Source: Cyanidioschyzon merolae
Lineage: Eukaryota
Reading direction: 5' to 3' (one strand)
DNA: 64,000 nucleotides
Assembly: GCA_000091205.1 (NCBI GenBank)
Contig: AP006492.2
In this document: positions 63,551 through 64,000 of the stretch, in pieces
Layout of the letters: each line of letters starts with the position of its first letter
Numbering within the stretch: the first letter of the stretch is position 1
Notes under the pieces: model-generated
The model's input: only the letters and a program-made list of their open reading frames with translations
Told to the model about the DNA's origin: nothing
The model's database searches: none
Translations under genes and position numbers: made by a program

Positions 63551-64000
63551 CACGTTTCACGGAATCGCTGCGTTTGCAGCGCGTGCATCTGGATCCTCTG
63601 TGGCACTTGGCAGTACAATGCATGCCATCTATACGAATTTTTCGGACACCGCGAAGCGGACTCAGAATCGACTGGCTTTCGTCAGATGCCGATCATTGTT
63701 CGGAGAGGCAATATATTTGTGAAAGATAAGCGGCAGAGGGGGAAGAATCATTTGATGTGCTTCTCAGACAGTTCCTGAAGTACTCTACCTTGCAAACTTT
63801 ACCTGTTGCTCCTCGAGATGCCAGAGGAGAACGTATCCGCAAATCCTTCGGCGCTGCTACAACAGTCTGAGGATAACTTGGTACACGTCTTTTAACCTGG
63901 GTACACACTCTAAAGTTTGCGTCACAGCCCATTGCCATCTACGAATCCAGTCCTTGCAGTCCTTTTCTCTACCTGCTTCATTTTTCCCGCTCGTGTCTCA

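Noticed and set aside
1-64000. Possibility that this is a prokaryotic or viral segment
   Set aside because: The window holds cytosolic eL19, SPT4, a Qb-SNARE with a tail anchor, an AFG1-like ATPase, organelle-targeting extensions and a FAN1-like nuclease. There are no Shine-Dalgarno-spaced operons. Together these indicate a eukaryotic nuclear origin.

Overview
Eukaryotic nuclear DNA, about 58% GC by eye, with long uninterrupted ORFs that encode recognisable eukaryotic proteins with no apparent introns. These include ribosomal protein L19e, SPT4, a Vti1-like SNARE, a FAN1-like nuclease, class II histidyl-tRNA synthetase, an AFG1-like ATPase, malic enzyme, the E2 succinyltransferase of 2-oxoglutarate dehydrogenase, an SDP1/TGL4-like patatin lipase and an NAA40-like GNAT acetyltransferase. 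A glutamyl-tRNA reductase (HemA, C5 pathway) with a long N-terminal extension points to a plastid-bearing host. One speculative candidate is an intron-poor, GC-rich unicellular red alga. About a quarter of the window is interspersed repeat, in four families described below. The most notable content is a family of degenerate TnpB/Fanzor-like RuvC nuclease elements: two full-length copies of about 2.8 kb and two short remnants. Each copy has a RuvC-I 'GVDPG' motif, a C-terminal Cys/His cluster and the D-x-NAA-x-NI RuvC-III signature. All four copies share a nucleotide-conserved 3' tail that may be an omega-RNA-like element. Two inverted 1.35-kb composite copies (an 874-bp unit plus a TnpB-like C-terminal fragment and tail) bracket a 13-kb segment containing the DLST, SNARE and RPL19 genes. 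Three near-identical copies of a 2.5-kb non-coding repeat lie in this window; two of them sit head-to-head around RPL19. No rRNA, CRISPR array or convincing tRNA was found by eye. Coordinates of repeat boundaries are approximate (about +/-10 bp).
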